A DNA stretch of 64,000 bases from Dicyema japonicum (GCA_011109175.1 RDEW01000033.1:596207-660206); one strand, 5' to 3'; positions 37,000-51,764 are shown, counted from the stretch's first letter. The notes: a model not told the origin generated them from the letters alone. A program made the numbers and translations.

Positions 37000-39290
37000 G
37001 GCTATCTTCACAGTCCTCTGACACCCGAGGCGAGTTCATCGCAAATGGTCCCATTGATATGTTTATCCTGAATGATCCTAAATTACACACAAGAACCCTT
37101 TAAGGAGCACTGATAGCTGCACCTCTCCTGATTTGACCTATGTTCTCCCTCTTTAGCAGGAATCACTACATGGATGTGAACTATGGTTTCTCTAGCGACC
37201 ATAATCCCATCCTTCTCACGTTAAGAGGATTTTGAGACGCCGGACATTGCTACCGTGAAAAGTTTCAAGAATTATAAGAAGGTGACTGGCCTGGCTTCTC
37301 TGACTTCGTAAACCTGAATTGGTCAAAGGACTATCATCCCATATACGTTCGATAGATAAAGGCAAAAACATCAGTGTGCCATTCAAAAGGCTGACAACAT
37401 ATTTATTCCCTCTCATTATACACGATTTTTATACCTACCCTCTATTCCGGACACTTACACTCATACAAAAGGAACCAAATAAAAAAGTGCCATCGACGGA
37501 GTTGAAATCCATCAGACAACTAAATAAAAGTATCAACCAGAGCATAAAGATCATCAGGATCAGAGGTGGCGTCACCTAATCAATCGTCTTAACGGAAAAG
37601 TTCATCTCACCAATTTTGGAAAACATTAAAACAAATTAAATCAGAGTTGGAAGATACGAACGGAACCTGTAAACCCTCTCCAGAACATATTTGTCATATA
37701 CACCCTAATCTACTTATGAAACACTACGCTGCGATCAGCTTCAAAAACTCTCTAAACAACTGATATCAAAGTACGTGACCGCAAATAGAAAAATGAACCT
37801 TACCAAGAACTATTCTCAGAGAAGCAGGTCTCAGAGGTTATCGCCGGATTAAAGATCTCACGGCCCTGCGGCCCAGACAAAGTATCTTCAATTCAGCTAA
37901 AACACCTAAGCAAGTACGCAATTAGCTACCTAACGGAAATTTTTAACCGTTTGTTAAAATGGAAAGAACTCGCTCATTACTCCAATTCATAAACCGGAAA
38001 ACCAAAAGGATATCCCAGTTCATACAGACCAATCTCATTGACCTCTACTATATCAAAAGTGTTAAAAGTTGATCCTATCTGAAATTACCTTCCCTAACTC
38101 AACCGAATTTCCAACACGGATTCCGTTCTGGAAGATCAACCACGACATTCCTATCAACGCTTTCAGTTCATTGCGCATGGTTTCAACACTATCCCAAAAC
38201 ACATGCGGACAACAATTGTCTCGATTGACATCAGCAAAGTGTTTGACTATATACGAGAAAAGAGTTAATTAAAAAAATCTCTGATTCAAAAATTCCCTAA
38301 CTTGAAGTTATGGCTGGCCAATTTTTATCTGGAAGACGGGAGGGTCATCTGTGGCCACCTCAGATCACGTTTACTACCATACGGAGTGCCCAAAGGTTCG
38401 CCTTTGTCCCTACTCTATTCAACCTTTTCCTCCACGAGCTGCCAGCAGACATTGACAAAAACTTCCTACTTCTTACTTATGCTGACGACATCATCATTGC
38501 AACAAGAAGCAGTTCGACATCATAAGCAGTCTCACTCGCACAGAAAAAAGTGGATTGTATCCACGATTGGTTGATAGCTAACCGTCTCTCGGTATCGGCC
38601 TTCAAAATCAACATGCACTCTATTCACTTCCGACAGACGGTCCAAAGATGAACCAGAAATCTTCATCGGACATATTTGGATACCTGTCACAAGAAACCCT
38701 AAATCCTGGGAGTGACATATTACAGGCTGCTTAATTTTACCTACCATGCCAAACGTGTCTTTCAAAAACTACAAAAATTGAATGTCACACGGGCCCTCAT
38801 CCAGAAGACCCCGGCGAATATGAATAAAGCAATCGGAACCATATTCCGCCAGACAATTGCGCCGGCCGTGGAATGTGCCTCAGATTCGTGGAGATTCGCG
38901 TTATCAGAAGGCACTATCCAAAAACTAAACTTGCTGCAAAGGAAAACAATCTTATGCTGGACCACAATGTGGAACAAAAATACCTCCCCTGTTGACGGAA
39001 TCTACAACTCGAAGATATAGTTCCGGATTTTCCGCAATTGCAAGGAAGATGAACACCACTAAGTTTCTCACTGTTCCTACGCAAAAGAAAATCGGTTGGC
39101 TAAGAAATTTCCTTCCCAATCGGCTTCTGCAAGAATCAAAGAAGGCATTTCCGTTCGATAGTCGAAACAATGGAGACGCACAGGCTTCGGATGGCACGTT
39201 TGGTTGCGGGAACTGGGATCAATTAACTAGTTTACTTTACTTTTGTCTTTCTTTTTCGGTGATCCCGGGTTAATAAATAAATAATAAATA
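37000..39290 (+). mobile_element. Longest copy of the APE-RT LINE family ending GIT/GIN-stop, degraded
   Basis: APE-end SDHNPIL, GPDKVS, SYRPISLTS, IDISKVFD, GVPKGSPLS, LTYADDII. Ends HRLRMARLVAGTGIN-stop, stem-loop and (TAAA)n tail. Confidence 0.85.
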
Positions 39291-39799
39291 AGCATTGACT
39301 AAAATTGCAAAAAAATTACAATTAAATTGAAACAAATATTGCTGAAATTAATTATTATTCACTAATTATTATTTATGTAACTTTTATTAAATTACATTTA
39401 ATTGCAATTTATTGCAATTGGTTGCCATAGTCATTAGGGTTGAAATTCGACTAAATACTAAAAAATTCGTTTTTGTACTGACCCAGTATCGTATTGATTG
39501 AGAAGGTGTCGCTATTGATAGGAAAACTTTATATGTCCCAAAAATCTCCATCTGGATTCAATAATATCTAAGCCCAACCGTCTTGCAGAGCACCTCTCAT
39601 ATAGGGCACTGTTCTTTATTTTGTTCCGTGAATAATTCCTGGTTGCTTTCGGTGATTCTGGCTCGTTCAGCTCTTGGTTTGAACAATTCGTTTATTTTAA
39701 TGTCAAACCTGTTGATTTTCACAGTTTACGTTTATCCTCGGTTTACAGAGGAATCATTTTTATAGTGCCACTGAGGGCTCATAGAGGAAGTGTTTCGAT

Positions 39800-41400
39800 G
39801 TTGTTTCGTCGTCAGATATAAAGTCAACATCGTCCGCTACATTATTTCGGGAATTGCGTCTTCATATATTTTAATGAAGTCATGGAGTGGTGTCTCTAAG
39901 TAGACAGTGAAGAGCAATGACAAAGCGAGTCGCCTTGAGGTTTTCCTACATTGTTTCAAATTCCTGTGAGGTCTCGTTCCCTACCAGTACAGTCAGCCAT
40001 CTTAAGAACTGAATCTTGGTCAAGGAAGGTAGACAAAAATTCCATAAGTTTTACATGGCGGCTAGTGTCGAAGAGTCGTGACATGTCTATGCCAAGTATT
40101 GTCGTAGCAAAATTGAATCTTCAACAAATTGCACTGCGTCATTTGTGAGACCGGACTGCATCTGAAGTTGATCTCCCAATTTTGGAGAGAGGTATTGATT
40201 TACATCTTCTTGCACTTTCTAAAATAATCAATGTTAGAGTTTTGCCTTGAGTCGACAGTAAAATGCCTGAGCCTAGATTTTCTAGTGACCCTGTTGGTTT
40301 GAATAGAAATCTAGAATCCTTTTCCCATTGGTAATGACGAATTCATGGCGAACATGTCGTTTAATATGCTAGAGATTATGTTGGAGACTCTGATCCATAT
40401 TTCAGTAGATTCGGACAGATGGCATCGGTTCTTTAACTTTGTTGTTGTTGTCCTCACTTCGTCTGAAGTTATTTTGTTATTGAGAGGCTTAAGATGTTTT
40501 TTCTCAGTGTATGATCCAGAGGTAGAAGATAGAAGAGTTGACAAAGAGCTTCCATGGAGTCCTTCGAGTGAGTGTTGATAGTCCTCTCAGACTTTGGAGA
40601 GAAGTTTTGTATCACTTGGAGTGTCGGAATGCTATGTTATATAGGAAAAGATTAAACGTCTTGCAATAATTGATTAATGAAATTCTTGGAAGTTGAGCGA
40701 TTCTTTCGATGTATGGAGCATACACGTTTTTGATCGTGATAAATGCTCCAGTCTTTTAAGGGTCTCCTGTTTTCATCCCAAGTACAGAAATTTTATCGTT
40801 AACTCGCCTGTGGTTGAGGATTATCTAACAATGATCCTTATATACTGCACAGCCTAGTCCATATTGTCTTCAGTCAACCGAGTGTGTTAGGTTTCGTCTA
40901 ATCCACCTTTGTAGGGATCCACCGTTGTCTTTATGATAAAGTCCTCACAGAGTGTTACTCTTGTATTTTTGCATAATACATGACAGTGAACGAAGAGAGT
41001 GAAAATGAATTGTTCCGAATGCTTTGAAGACATCAATTGCAAGAGAAGAATGTCAGCTCCTCAACCAAATAGCTAACAGCTCATATCGATCAAGCTCATT
41101 GGAGACGACGTAGATATTTATTATTATTGGCACTTGCGCTGTCATAGATCGGGACAAAGCATGTGAAACACAGAAAATCAAATTACGTCCCCCAGACTTC
41201 TCTAAAGTCTGCTCCGTAACCTGTCAATGTCCTCCCCGTCTCTGAGGCGTCCCCCCGACTTCTTTAAAGTTTTCGTCAAGGACAGTCGGTAGGGTTGTCC
41301 TTGACAGCAATCCATTGCGGCTCCAGGAGGAAGCTGATCTCTAGAGAGCCCCCTGACATCGTGAAAACATTGGGCACACCTCAAGGATACTCCCTCTCTC
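39800..41400 (-). mobile_element. RTE-like LINE fragments
   Basis: KITSDEVRTTTTKLKN, MFAMNSSLPMGKGF, LGIDMSRLFD motifs, degraded. Confidence 0.6.
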
Positions 41401-41439
41401 TTGTATTGCTAGCTGAATACCTTGAGATCACTGGAAGTA

Positions 41440-42180
41440 TTACAGCGACGATATAATGGAATTTTTTTAGGCCGATGATGTTGAATTTGTCTCAAGTAAC
41501 AAAGAAGCACTTCGAAGTCTTCTGGAAGTAGCGCCAGACCGCCTCTATCAATGAATCGTCGAGATCAAACGGATGGAACCACGCATTACCGAAAACTGGC
41601 GGAAGACCATAAAACTTGGCTCCTTCTCGAGAACTCTGAAGACATTGCGAGAAGGAAATTGTCATCTACAGTGACCTTGCAAAAAATCCAAAGACGTCCT
41701 CTCTATCACTCCGTTTCATGTTGTAGGAGGCTTTCATGAAATCGATCCTTGCGTACAACTCTGATTCATGGGGAATCTCGACAACCGATGGACAAAGGCT
41801 CGACTCCTTTATAGACAGTAACATGGGTTTTTCTTGGGACTAAAGTGGTCAATCTGTCTAAGGAGTGAAGCATTGTACAAAAGAAGCTTATCTGGACCTC
41901 TGAGCTCCTTGATCTTGAAGACGCACTAAAAACTGTTTGGTCACATTCTAAGAATGGAGAATCGCCATCAAAATCATCATGGAAGCATCTGAGTGAAAGT
42001 TCCGAGGTCTCCACGTACCACGCTTCCCGAAGTCCTGAATGGTGACCTGAGACCAGTAAACAGAACACTAATGGACGGTGAAGACATCAGTATTCTGGAC
42101 TCTGTCATCGAACAGTTGAGGGTGGGAGAGACTAGTATCGAGGATCATGCAGATGGACATGAATATATGATTAATTGTTG
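41440..42180 (+). mobile_element. RTE-like LINE 3' fragment abutting the myosin 3' end
   Basis: ADDVEF, LKLFGHILR and PRTTLPEVLNGDL motifs. Confidence 0.7.
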
Positions 42181-42225
42181 CTAATAATAATTATCTAAAA
42201 AATCCACGTTAACTAGTAGTTATAA

Positions 42226-45200
42226 TTATATTTTTTCTAAGTAGTTCCCGGGAACAAAACCCTTCACTCCGTTAATACGGGCGGTCCACCATCCATCATC
42301 ATCTAAGGTAACATTAAGTCCAGACTTTTTTCAATCACAGTGATCGTATTCCCTGCTTCAAACGAGACCTCGTCATTGTTTCTTGCCGTAAACGGGTATA
42401 ATGCTTTGTAGGCTTGTCTGCTAGGAACACCCGGGGGTCTGAAATTGGTTATAATTTAAATCAACACAGAATAATTCACTGTAGTAGGTTTTGTGGCTAA
42501 AATTAATATAAAAATTACCGGTTGGTTGTACTGAGTTTGATTTTTTGGGGATGTTAGGGACTAAAAATAAGTTATTGGTCTCCAAACTGGTTGAACTGGG
42601 GAGTCCTTCTCCAATCTTGACCAACATAGTCATATGTCTGCTTGATGGTCTTTCGACCTCTCCCTGTCCATCCTTCCTGACTTCAAATGTGCTCTTTGAT
42701 CCTCCCATGAATCCCTTCTTTTGTATTTCTATTGAATCTGTAGTTGACCACATTATCTATTACTTGGGGGATACTTCAATGTTCAATTCTTTATTCAGAT
42801 TTTCCATGTGGCATGCATTAAGGTAGTACAGCAGTTCTGTCTTGAACTCACATTTAATGAGGAAAGACGAGAATTGAACTGAAGACAGAGAAAGTCGTCC
42901 TTTAGTGGACTAAAAATATACGAACAGTCTTACCTTGTAATGACCTTGTTTAGAGCAGAGTGCGTGTTCTCATAAACGACCGACTGCTCAATCTTCCCTT
43001 TGTCTGCCCCCTTAGTCACCTGCCACGTCAATCTCATAAAATACTTTTTGAGCTCCCACAAAGTATATTTTTTTATTTGTAACAAAAATATCTCTGCTAA
43101 CCCCCTAAGATGTGTAGAATTGACTACCTGGAAGATTCGGCTGAATTTGCGAACTGTGCTGGCAAACTGAACCTTTTCTCTTTTCGGTATGAACATGACC
43201 TTTTCTGGATTGTTGTTCAACCCGATGTAGTCTCTCCTGTATTTCCTAACTATGCTGTTCTTTCTGCGCTCTTTCTTGTTCAGCAACAGTTTCGATGCTA
43301 AAATGGATAGTTTCTGTACCTTCGAGACAACCCATGTATTCGTGGGAACAACCGGCTACCAAGGTTAGGTATTTTTGTAGTTGACGAGCAGCCAGATTTC
43401 TTTTGATCGAAAATCCGTCTTCTATAATAAAAAACTTAAGTTTTTCATAAAAAACTACAGTTTCTGGTTTTTTGATAAAAAGTTTGGTTTTTCCATATGC
43501 ATATTCGTAATCTGGGATTCCAAAGTGATCCAGGATTATCTTCACTCCATCCTTAGGGTTGCCATTATATTTTGGCCACGTTTCTGATGACAAAACTCCA
43601 TAACTGGAAATAATTCGATAATTAGACCGGCTAAGAAAGTTATCGTATTGACTTCGGTAAGCGAATCCAGCTCTCCGCACATTAATACTTTCCTCTAAAC
43701 CGAGGTACTTTACTTGGTGTTGAACCCTAAAATGTACATAACAGAAAAAACCTCGATTCTTCAAACGTTCCTGGTTTTTTAGCGTCATTTGGTTTGATAC
43801 ATCGAATATAGTGAGGAGTACACTGACTAAGCTTGTTCATTAACGCAATGGCTTGAGTCTGCGATATGGAGTCACTTTATTACCCTTATTTTGAATCCTG
43901 TAGTGGATATGTTACCCCTTCTTAGCTTGGTGATGTCGTCAGGAAACAGAGCCCTTATAAATTCGCTTGAATAAGTCCAATTTAACCTTTTGCTGTTTTG
44001 AAGTGTCTGGACTACGTCTGGATTCAGAGCATCTCTGTTCTTTCCGCAGAATCCCTCCACGTTGTAAATAACCTGTAAAATAATCCCACGTGGTCACACA
44101 TTTCCGGCGTAGTGTTCAATAGAAAACCCATTTCTAATTGTTCTAAATCGAGAATTGGTTCCATGTAAGCCAAGTTTCTATTATTACTTTTGGCTAAACC
44201 AACCTCCAACAACTTCTGGTCGATTCCCTCAGTTTGGGCATGGGCTGTCTTACAGACGTCATCGGCAATATAAAATATTCCTGGCGGGGTTTTGGCTTCT
44301 ATGAGATCACATATGGCCTGGTTGTTGAAATAATTGATTTCTTTCCATTTTATTCCTTCCCTGCAATATTCTTCCTAAAATTGAGATCCAATGAGCAAAC
44401 CTGCTCAGACTTTAGCGTCAGTTCTATGAATATCTGCTGTAATTTTTCATTAACATAATTTATGCAAAACTGCTCAAATCCGTTCTTATCGAACACTTCG
44501 AATCCATAAATATCCAAAATTCCAATATAACAGCTCTTGTCCTTTATATCCAGGGCATGGTTTACTTTCTACGAATTAATCCCTCTCATCTACCTCAAGC
44601 AGGAAATCAAAGTTTCGGGAGTATAATGCCTTGGTCAAGGCATCTCTGACAAAATTTGCTTGTTCTGAGTTGAGGAAGACATCGATGACCTCGTTGGTGT
44701 TTCCCCACTTGCTTTCCATAGTCCGTGTTGTCATGTTTTGCATGAGGTCTTTCTTTTCTATTCCAAGAAGCTTAGCTGGCATATCCAATGCTACAAGTGA
44801 CAATTACACAAAAACCGCTGGGGTTTCCGATAATTGCTTTATTCTCCTCTTCCTTGAAGGTTACATTACCCAAGTGTAGCACAGCCGCCACGAGGGAAAA
44901 TATTTCGTCCTGTGTGTTCTTATTTAATCCTACAATGTCCATTGCGTTCTACAAATTAGTCAATAAGCCATACCTTAGTGATCCTGAACTCCTCGGCGTC
45001 ATCCATATCGTCGTTATCGTAACTCCCTGTTTTATTTAGATAGTTGTAGTCTTTACAGGTGGTAAGTCCCAGCGATTCTGTAATTTGAGAGCGGATTTAT
45101 ACTTAAAGTGGCACTATCGGCTCCATTCAACAATTGGTAGAAAATGTGGAATCCCCGCTCCCCCTTTAGCGCGGAAACTACACGTGACTGGAATTAAGTT

Positions 45201-45885
45201 TGAATATGACACCTTTTCTAGGAGAAAGGTCGAAATGGTCGCTCCGTCGGGGACTCCTCCGACGAAATAAATCTGTACGTATTTTCCCTAACGTTAATAA
45301 ATTAAAATTTCTCACAAAACGACTGGAATTGTTGTTTCTCTGTGTCTTCGAGTTCCCAAACGACTCCAACAGCGGGTTTGTCTGCAAAATAACATTTTTA
45401 GTTTTCTGAAGTAAAATTAGTCAGAACCTCAGAATTCACCCCTCCACCTGATGACTTGATGAGGTAGTTCATTATGGAGACACAACTGAAAGTCTTCCCT
45501 GCCCCAGATTCACCACTAAGTTTGATAAATCAGCGAACCTGATTATACAGCATTGGTTATCTTGATAGGAGCAAATATTGGTAAGCATGGAATCAGCGAT
45601 TGCATAAATGTGGGGTTTGTTTTCATATATGGCCTACAATATTGAGGAAATGAGTACAGCTGACATGTACTTATCCATATTTTCGGTTGTGAAAAGGCCC
45701 AGCTTTTTATAAGGATTTATAGCAATAAGGACTTGACCAATATAAGTCTAAATGAGTCAAATTCTTACATAAATTTCATCCTTTGAAAATCTGTGTTGAA
45801 GGGTCTTGACTATGTTATTGACATTGATCTTCTCCAAAAGGACTAGATCGTCGATTCCTCGTTTAACTCCCTTGTCAGTGGCCAT
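42226..45885 (-). CDS. MYO1E: Long-tailed class I myosin (myosin IE/IF-like) with TH1 and C-terminal SH3; at least 22 micro-introns
   Basis: [63 protein letters not shown] and SH3 ALYPF...GWW...GFVPGNY. One 1-nt frameshift near 42867. Confidence 0.92.
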
Positions 45886-46194
45886 TGCAGCACAATGATG
45901 AATCTAATAAAAATTCAATGCGCAAATATCTATTTATATCCGTATTCATGCAATTTCCGTATATGTCCGTATTTATCTCCAAATTAATCAAAATTAGACC
46001 TTTAACACAAATAAATCACAATTTTAATTTATTTTTGTGTTTGATAAAATTTGGAATAAATTAGTCAAACTATTTAGTTACCCACAATCAATTTTAGTCA
46101 AAAGACAATTTTCCATACTTGGACCCAGAATATGTAAAAATGATTTTTGATAAAAAAGCGGGTGGGACCAAAGGGGCCTGTCCCTCCTATAGAA

Positions 46195-46365
46195 GAGGTC
46201 GAAACTTTTATATGTGTTAAAATAAGTTTTCAATAATCAATTCAGTGTTAGGGACCACGAGGACAGCTCCCCGAGGTCGAAATTTTGATTTTTTATATTA
46301 ATGTTAAAAAAGATCTGGGGAATCAAATTGGTGTTAGTGACCCCAAATGACTAAAAAAGAGGTTA
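46195..46365 (+). repeat. Degenerate tandem repeat, unit about 78-86 bp
   Basis: GAGGTCGAAA at 46195 and 46273, each followed by AATCAA..(A/G)GTGTTAG.GACC. A third partial GAGGT at 46359. Confidence 0.5.
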
Positions 46366-46800
46366 ATCCACATCAGATAATGACTATATTGGAGTTAATT
46401 TGGTTAATTATATATGTAAATTTGTTTCTTGTAACTGTTAAACTGAGTTATAATCACATGTTCATATTTTACTTGAAAATTGCTCTCGAATTCATATTTT
46501 TCCGTATTCACTGCGCTAGTTGATTATAAGCGGGTTACCATGGTGACGGTTCTGAATTATGAGAGTAAATTCTTTAATATATTTCGAAAAGTCTTTAAAA
46601 ATAAAAAATTTCTTAATATTTTGCGAATTAAATAAATTATTAAGAACACACTTTGGACTATTTTAATGTCACGTCTTTGTTTAGTCAAATTCTGAGTATC
46701 AAGACATTAAAATGTGTTAAAAGGAAAGAGTTAACGTTAGTTCAGTCGAAAAAACACCGGTTAAGAGGAAGAAAATTTCACTATTCACAATGGTCGTTGG

Positions 46801-47110
46801 CATAGTGGTTAGGTGTCGGGCTAAAATGACTTAGGTTACGGGTTCGATTCTTGCTGCTGTTCACCTGGTGGAAGGTTCCACGCATCTACGATGCCAAAAG
46901 GGTTTGACGAGTGACGCCGTCATCAGTGGATACTCACTGCGGAACTGGATTGTCCAGAAAGGACCGACACACAAGAAAAAGAAAAAAGAAGTGAAGATCA
47001 TTCCTTGGTTCTACGATTAGTTAAAATTAACTGTTCTTTATTAAATAAATTGTGTGTCCTGCCTATGCGGAGCTATAAATGCTATGGCTCTCGTGAAAAG
47101 GCTATAAAAA
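46801..47110 (+). mobile_element. tRNA-headed SINE, full-length copy B
   Basis: A box TGGCATAGTGG, B box GGTTCGATTCT, shared body, 14-bp TSD ACAATGGTCGTTGG at 46787-46800 and 47111-47124. Confidence 0.92.
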
Positions 47111-47299
47111 ACAATGGTCGTTGGTATCTAAACGGGGTTCAGGCAATTTCCACACAGTACTATGCACTTTCAATTTTCCAGTCTTAACGCTTGAGTTGTG
47201 TCTAATTATTCACATTTTAATCCTTGGAATACTTTTATATTTTTTGAAAGGAGTTCTATGGAGCACGTGTAAACGGTTGTAATTATAAACAGCTGTTTC

Positions 47300-48700
47300 G
47301 ACACCACTCACGCTTTTTTTCTTTGCAATCCAACATCTTAGAAATTGTTACCTTCAAAGTATGAATAAATCTTTCCACTCTTCCTTATGATTGAGGACGA
47401 TTTGGTTGTCCACGTACTTGTGGATGTTGGATCCTCCCTAGAGCATTTCTTTCTTGGATTCCATTCCGTTTTATAGGCCATTTGTGCTGAAAATTATGAT
47501 TTCTTTTCAAAATCGACTTAGTACTTTTAGTCGCAGTGAAAATGCGTCCAACAATAGTGCTTCCTCGACATGGAGTTCTTTATAAAAATAGAACACATTA
47601 TTCTGACCTCGCATGATGAGAGAGCGTCCAACCCACTGCGAGATTAAAATTTACATAGATCAAGCTCGAGTCAGAGACATTTGTTCATGTTTTCAACTCC
47701 GCAATACTTCCTGTAGTGTTATATAATTTAGAAGGATGGTACGACTCAAAAGGAAAGACTCAATTCTCAAGAAATGTGAGCGTAATTTGCTCTATAGCCT
47801 GCCTATGAGATGAATCCTCGTATGCCAATTCCCCTATGGTTGGAAGGAAAATGTTCACGGTTGGCAGAACTATCGAAAATCTTATTCGAGGTTTCAAATA
47901 CCGCATCAAAGTATCTGGGACTTATCTTCCAAAATTTAGCAGTATCTTCCATTTTGTGACAAGTTTCTGAATAAACCTGATAATCTAGCAGGGAAGACCA
48001 GAATTTATTAATAGCTGGTCCAAAAACTGGTGATCGACCGAGTCATAACCTTTTTTGACATCAATCCAAATGGAATTCAAATTGTTTCCATTTCGTTGAT
48101 TTACGCACTTGTCGACGATGGCTTGGTCTTTCGCACCTTGGCACATTCTTGGCGTTCCCAGTTGACTGTCGCTTACCAAGTCGTATGACTCAATATATTC
48201 TGATAATTTTTTGTTCACACACTGTCAATAGTTTATTCAGATTAGTCATACAAATAATTGGCCTAAACTCCTCGGTGACTCACATACATGGAATGAGATA
48301 CGTAATCCCAGTATAGAACCAATCACAAGGCGTACATTCATCATTTATAATCTTCTTAATCTCAAAGATATCCATGAACCGAAGTTAATTTTCGAAGCAC
48401 CAGCTGGCACTTCTAAACCTCTTTCTCGATTCATAAACTCGCAACTTCTCATATTTGATCTCGAAAATATAAGCAACCCTTTCGAATTCTCCCCTGCTCG
48501 AAAGCCACGTGATACCAGGTATTGCTTATTCTTCGTTAAATTGTTTTTTCCTGTTCATTTCTTTTCCCGACTACTTTTAGTGTTATTCATCTTGTTAAGA
48601 GCCTCATCTCAAGTTAATGCTTTCGTAATCAGAGGCCAACCACCACGGGGAATCCTCTTTAATCTGATTTTGCACACTCAATGACTTCCACAGCCCATTG
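47300..48700 (-). mobile_element. R4/Dong-like non-LTR retrotransposon RT fragment
   Basis: CQGAKDQAIVDK...NLNSIWIDVKKGYDSVDH motif and upstream KLRVYESRKRF segment, degraded. Confidence 0.7.
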
Positions 48701-49399
48701 TTTCCTGTCCACAGTGTGAACTTTGTCAACTAGACATTGCAGAGAGAAGATGTCCTTTAAGGTCAGTATTGACAACTTCTTGCGTCTTGGGCAAGTCATC
48801 GACCACATTCTCTACGGTCCTTTTGTTTTTTCTTTTAGTAATTGTCGTAGATAGGTAGAATAAAAAATATTTATTTTTTCCCACCACCATGTCCCCAACA
48901 AGAAATTCTATTGCCATATTGATGAATATGCTTGTTTATTTTAATGACCAACTACTTCGTGCAGTATTGAGCGAGCTATTAAAATGCTCAAAAAATTCTC
49001 AAGAATGAGAGAAATTTTACTGCCGAAGAGTCCAAGCCAAAAAGTAAAGCTAATAAAACTAGAAAACCTCTTTGAACACTCCTCTTTTCTATCATGACAT
49101 AAAAGTGAAAACGTGGTTAGGTTGACTACAATCACAATAAAAGTGATTATTTTGAAAATTAATTTAAATTGATTATTTTTTCCTTAATTATTTCCAATAT
49201 GGTAATTATGATGACAAAATAGTTTGTTCGTTCGTTAAATTGGTCAACTAACCCAGTATTCATCAACATGTAAGAGACCAGCGGATATTAGATAAGACGC
49301 TACAAATTTCGGTCGTTCCCATAGATTGGTCATTTTTGGTCTTGTTTAGGACATTCAAAAAGGTGATTTGCTGTCAACTTAAAGTTATTTAGTATTACT

Positions 49400-50045
49400 G
49401 CTTTCAACTTAAAGTTAATTAGGAGACTCTGAAGATGTTACTAGTAGGAAGATCCTTGCTATGAGTCCACTGAAAAAAATATCGTCAATATGGAGCCACA
49501 AGAAGAGGATAGGATTAAACACCAGCTTAGAATATACAAAGCTTTAGTCATCCCGGTACTAACCTACAACTCCAGGACTTAGGGAATCTCTAAACGGGAA
49601 ATGGACCGTCTTGACTTTTTCCACCGAGCTCACATCAAATCTGTAATCAAGATCAACTGACCTATGAAGATCTCTAATGCGAACTTTTATAATAATGCAA
49701 AGCCGGCGTGGTTAGATGATATTTTCAAATCAAGATGGAGCTTCTTTGACCACGTGTTACGCCTAAATGACCAGGTCCCCGCAAATGTTGCAACGGACAA
49801 CTACTTCGCACACACAGGAGCCGGATTCCGCGGAAGGTCAAAAACGACACTTCTGACTATTTTGAACCAAGACCAATCGGCGGTTGGTATGAGACTAACT
49901 TCGGCAGACGATCTGGGCTACTTAAGAGAATTAGCACGCAACAGAGGATCATGGTGGAGGTTGACGTAGAGGATGATTAGGAATACGGCACAAAGGAAAC
50001 TTAACTAATTTATGTTTTCTCGGGAATACTTTTTAATTATAAATA
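49400..50045 (+). mobile_element. RTE-like LINE 3' fragment
   Basis: YKALVIPVLTYN, SRWSFFDHVLRLNDQVP, FRGRSKTTLL and the shared 3' tail. Confidence 0.85.
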
Positions 50046-50049
50046 AATT

Positions 50050-50340
50050 AAAATTAATTCCAAAGACCACTGTTAAACTGAAAAAAACTAAGTGATCCCG
50101 ACGAATTAGATCATGGGTCTCATCTTTGCTCTGTGTTGATCCCTTAAGCCTACACAAGTTCGCTGCGGGTAAACACTTCCTTTTGGCATTGGTGTTCTTT
50201 TTTGTTTTTTTTCAAATAGTGTCTCCAAGGGCGTCTGTGATTTGATATTTTCTTCTGTATACCATCTTTCAGTTAGTTTGAAGGCCCTTTTCTGGGTTGC
50301 AGAGATTTTCTGACTGTTCGTATAAGAGACCAATGATAAT
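50050..50340 (-). mobile_element. LINE 3' end (GIT-stop family), tail-to-tail with the RTE fragment
   Basis: DQHRAKMR...VGIT-stop followed by a terminal stem-loop. Confidence 0.7.
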
Positions 50341-50464
50341 AATTAATAATATTTATTAGCAAGTCAATGTCTAATAATTAATGTATAAATATATTTTATT
50401 ATTATAAATAATATAATAAAATGTGTGTTTGTGAGTGCTTGGTTGTCTAATATTGAATTTTAAA

Positions 50465-51284
50465 ATGAATGAAGATGACATATCCTGGATTTATATATTC
50501 TGTAGTAAGAACAAACTTCCTTTTCCAACGTTCACGGATAGATGCATCAACTTAGAGAACAACGTCTTTGAGTGCAAAATTACGGCAAACAACTACGAGG
50601 CAACTGAGATCGGCAAAAACAAGAAGGATGCACGGAAAGGCGCTGCTCTCAAGATCCGTCGTCTTCTAACAGATCTCCATGCTGTATTTCCAGGTTCCCG
50701 TCCTCCCAGAATAATTATGGAAGTCTTTTGACCCTGCTTAGACGACAGAATCTACCTCTCCCTATCGTTGAAATGCGCGAATATAACCGAGGGACTGCTT
50801 CCCACAATTTCACGTGCATTCTCACAGTCGGGGACATCTCAGCTACGGGCAAAGGCTCTCGGAAACAGCAGGCTAAGAACTTAGCCTCAATAGGGATGCT
50901 TAATAAGCTGCAGAAGGGTTCCATCTACGCCCAGTTCAGCTCGGTCCTCGAGTTTACCACCCAAATGGTCTCCCTTGGACTGCTGGTCGTAGACGGACTT
51001 CCTCCTCTGGCCTTAAAGGATTCGTTTATTCATAGACTGGGATTGGTTGCTGCTAAACGGAAGTTTACATTTGAATTCTTCAACTATTACCTCCATCCAA
51101 CAGGTGAGAGTGGTGTTACTTTTTAGGGAAGCCAGCTGCTGTTCTTGTTGTGTCTTTTGTGAGGAAGTTTGTGTTCACTGGTATAGGGGATGACATTAAT
51201 GAGGCAAGAGAGGGTGCTTCAAGGGAGGCGTTATTCACACTATATATGATATTTAATAAGGATGACATTGGGATTTGTTGTTAA
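50465..51284 (+). CDS. Multi-dsRBD protein, TARBP2/PACT/Loquacious-like
   Basis: Two clear dsRBDs (FECKIT...GKNKKDARKGAA; FTCILTVG...GKGSRKQQAKNLAS) and a degenerate third. Introns of 26 and 23 nt restore a single ORF. Confidence 0.75.
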
Positions 51285-51764
51285 TATGGTTTATTCGCTT
51301 ATGTGGTCTGTTAACGGGGGGTTATTTTCTGTTAGTGATGTTTATTAAGTCTTTATGGGTTTTATAGTTCATTAGGAAGCGTATCCCCAATTTCAAAATA
51401 GATCCTTATGATAGAAAGAGTCCGATGGTACATTACGACGACCACGTGGTCACTTGTTTGAATATTTGTGTTTGTTCTTCTGTTCCTCCTCCCCTTTTAT
51501 AATGCATTGGTGCTTGTGCTAGGTTGGCATTAAAAGAGATCATTTGCTCTCTCCCACTCAACTGGAGGGGCTTCCAAAACTGTAAGGAATGGACGTCTTC
51601 TACCTTTTATGCTAGTTCCGGATAAACTTGTAGACAGTGGAATGACTCTTACTGTGGCAGCGGAAATAATAATCCCCCCATAACGACGTACTTGAATATT
51701 CATTGCTTTTTAGGCCATTTAGAAATCCTGTTGTACCAATTGCCGATGTGGTATACCAGAGTAT

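Noticed and set aside
48726-49135. Short minus-strand ORFs next to the R4-like element as a host gene
   Set aside because: No recognisable motifs or convincing splice model.
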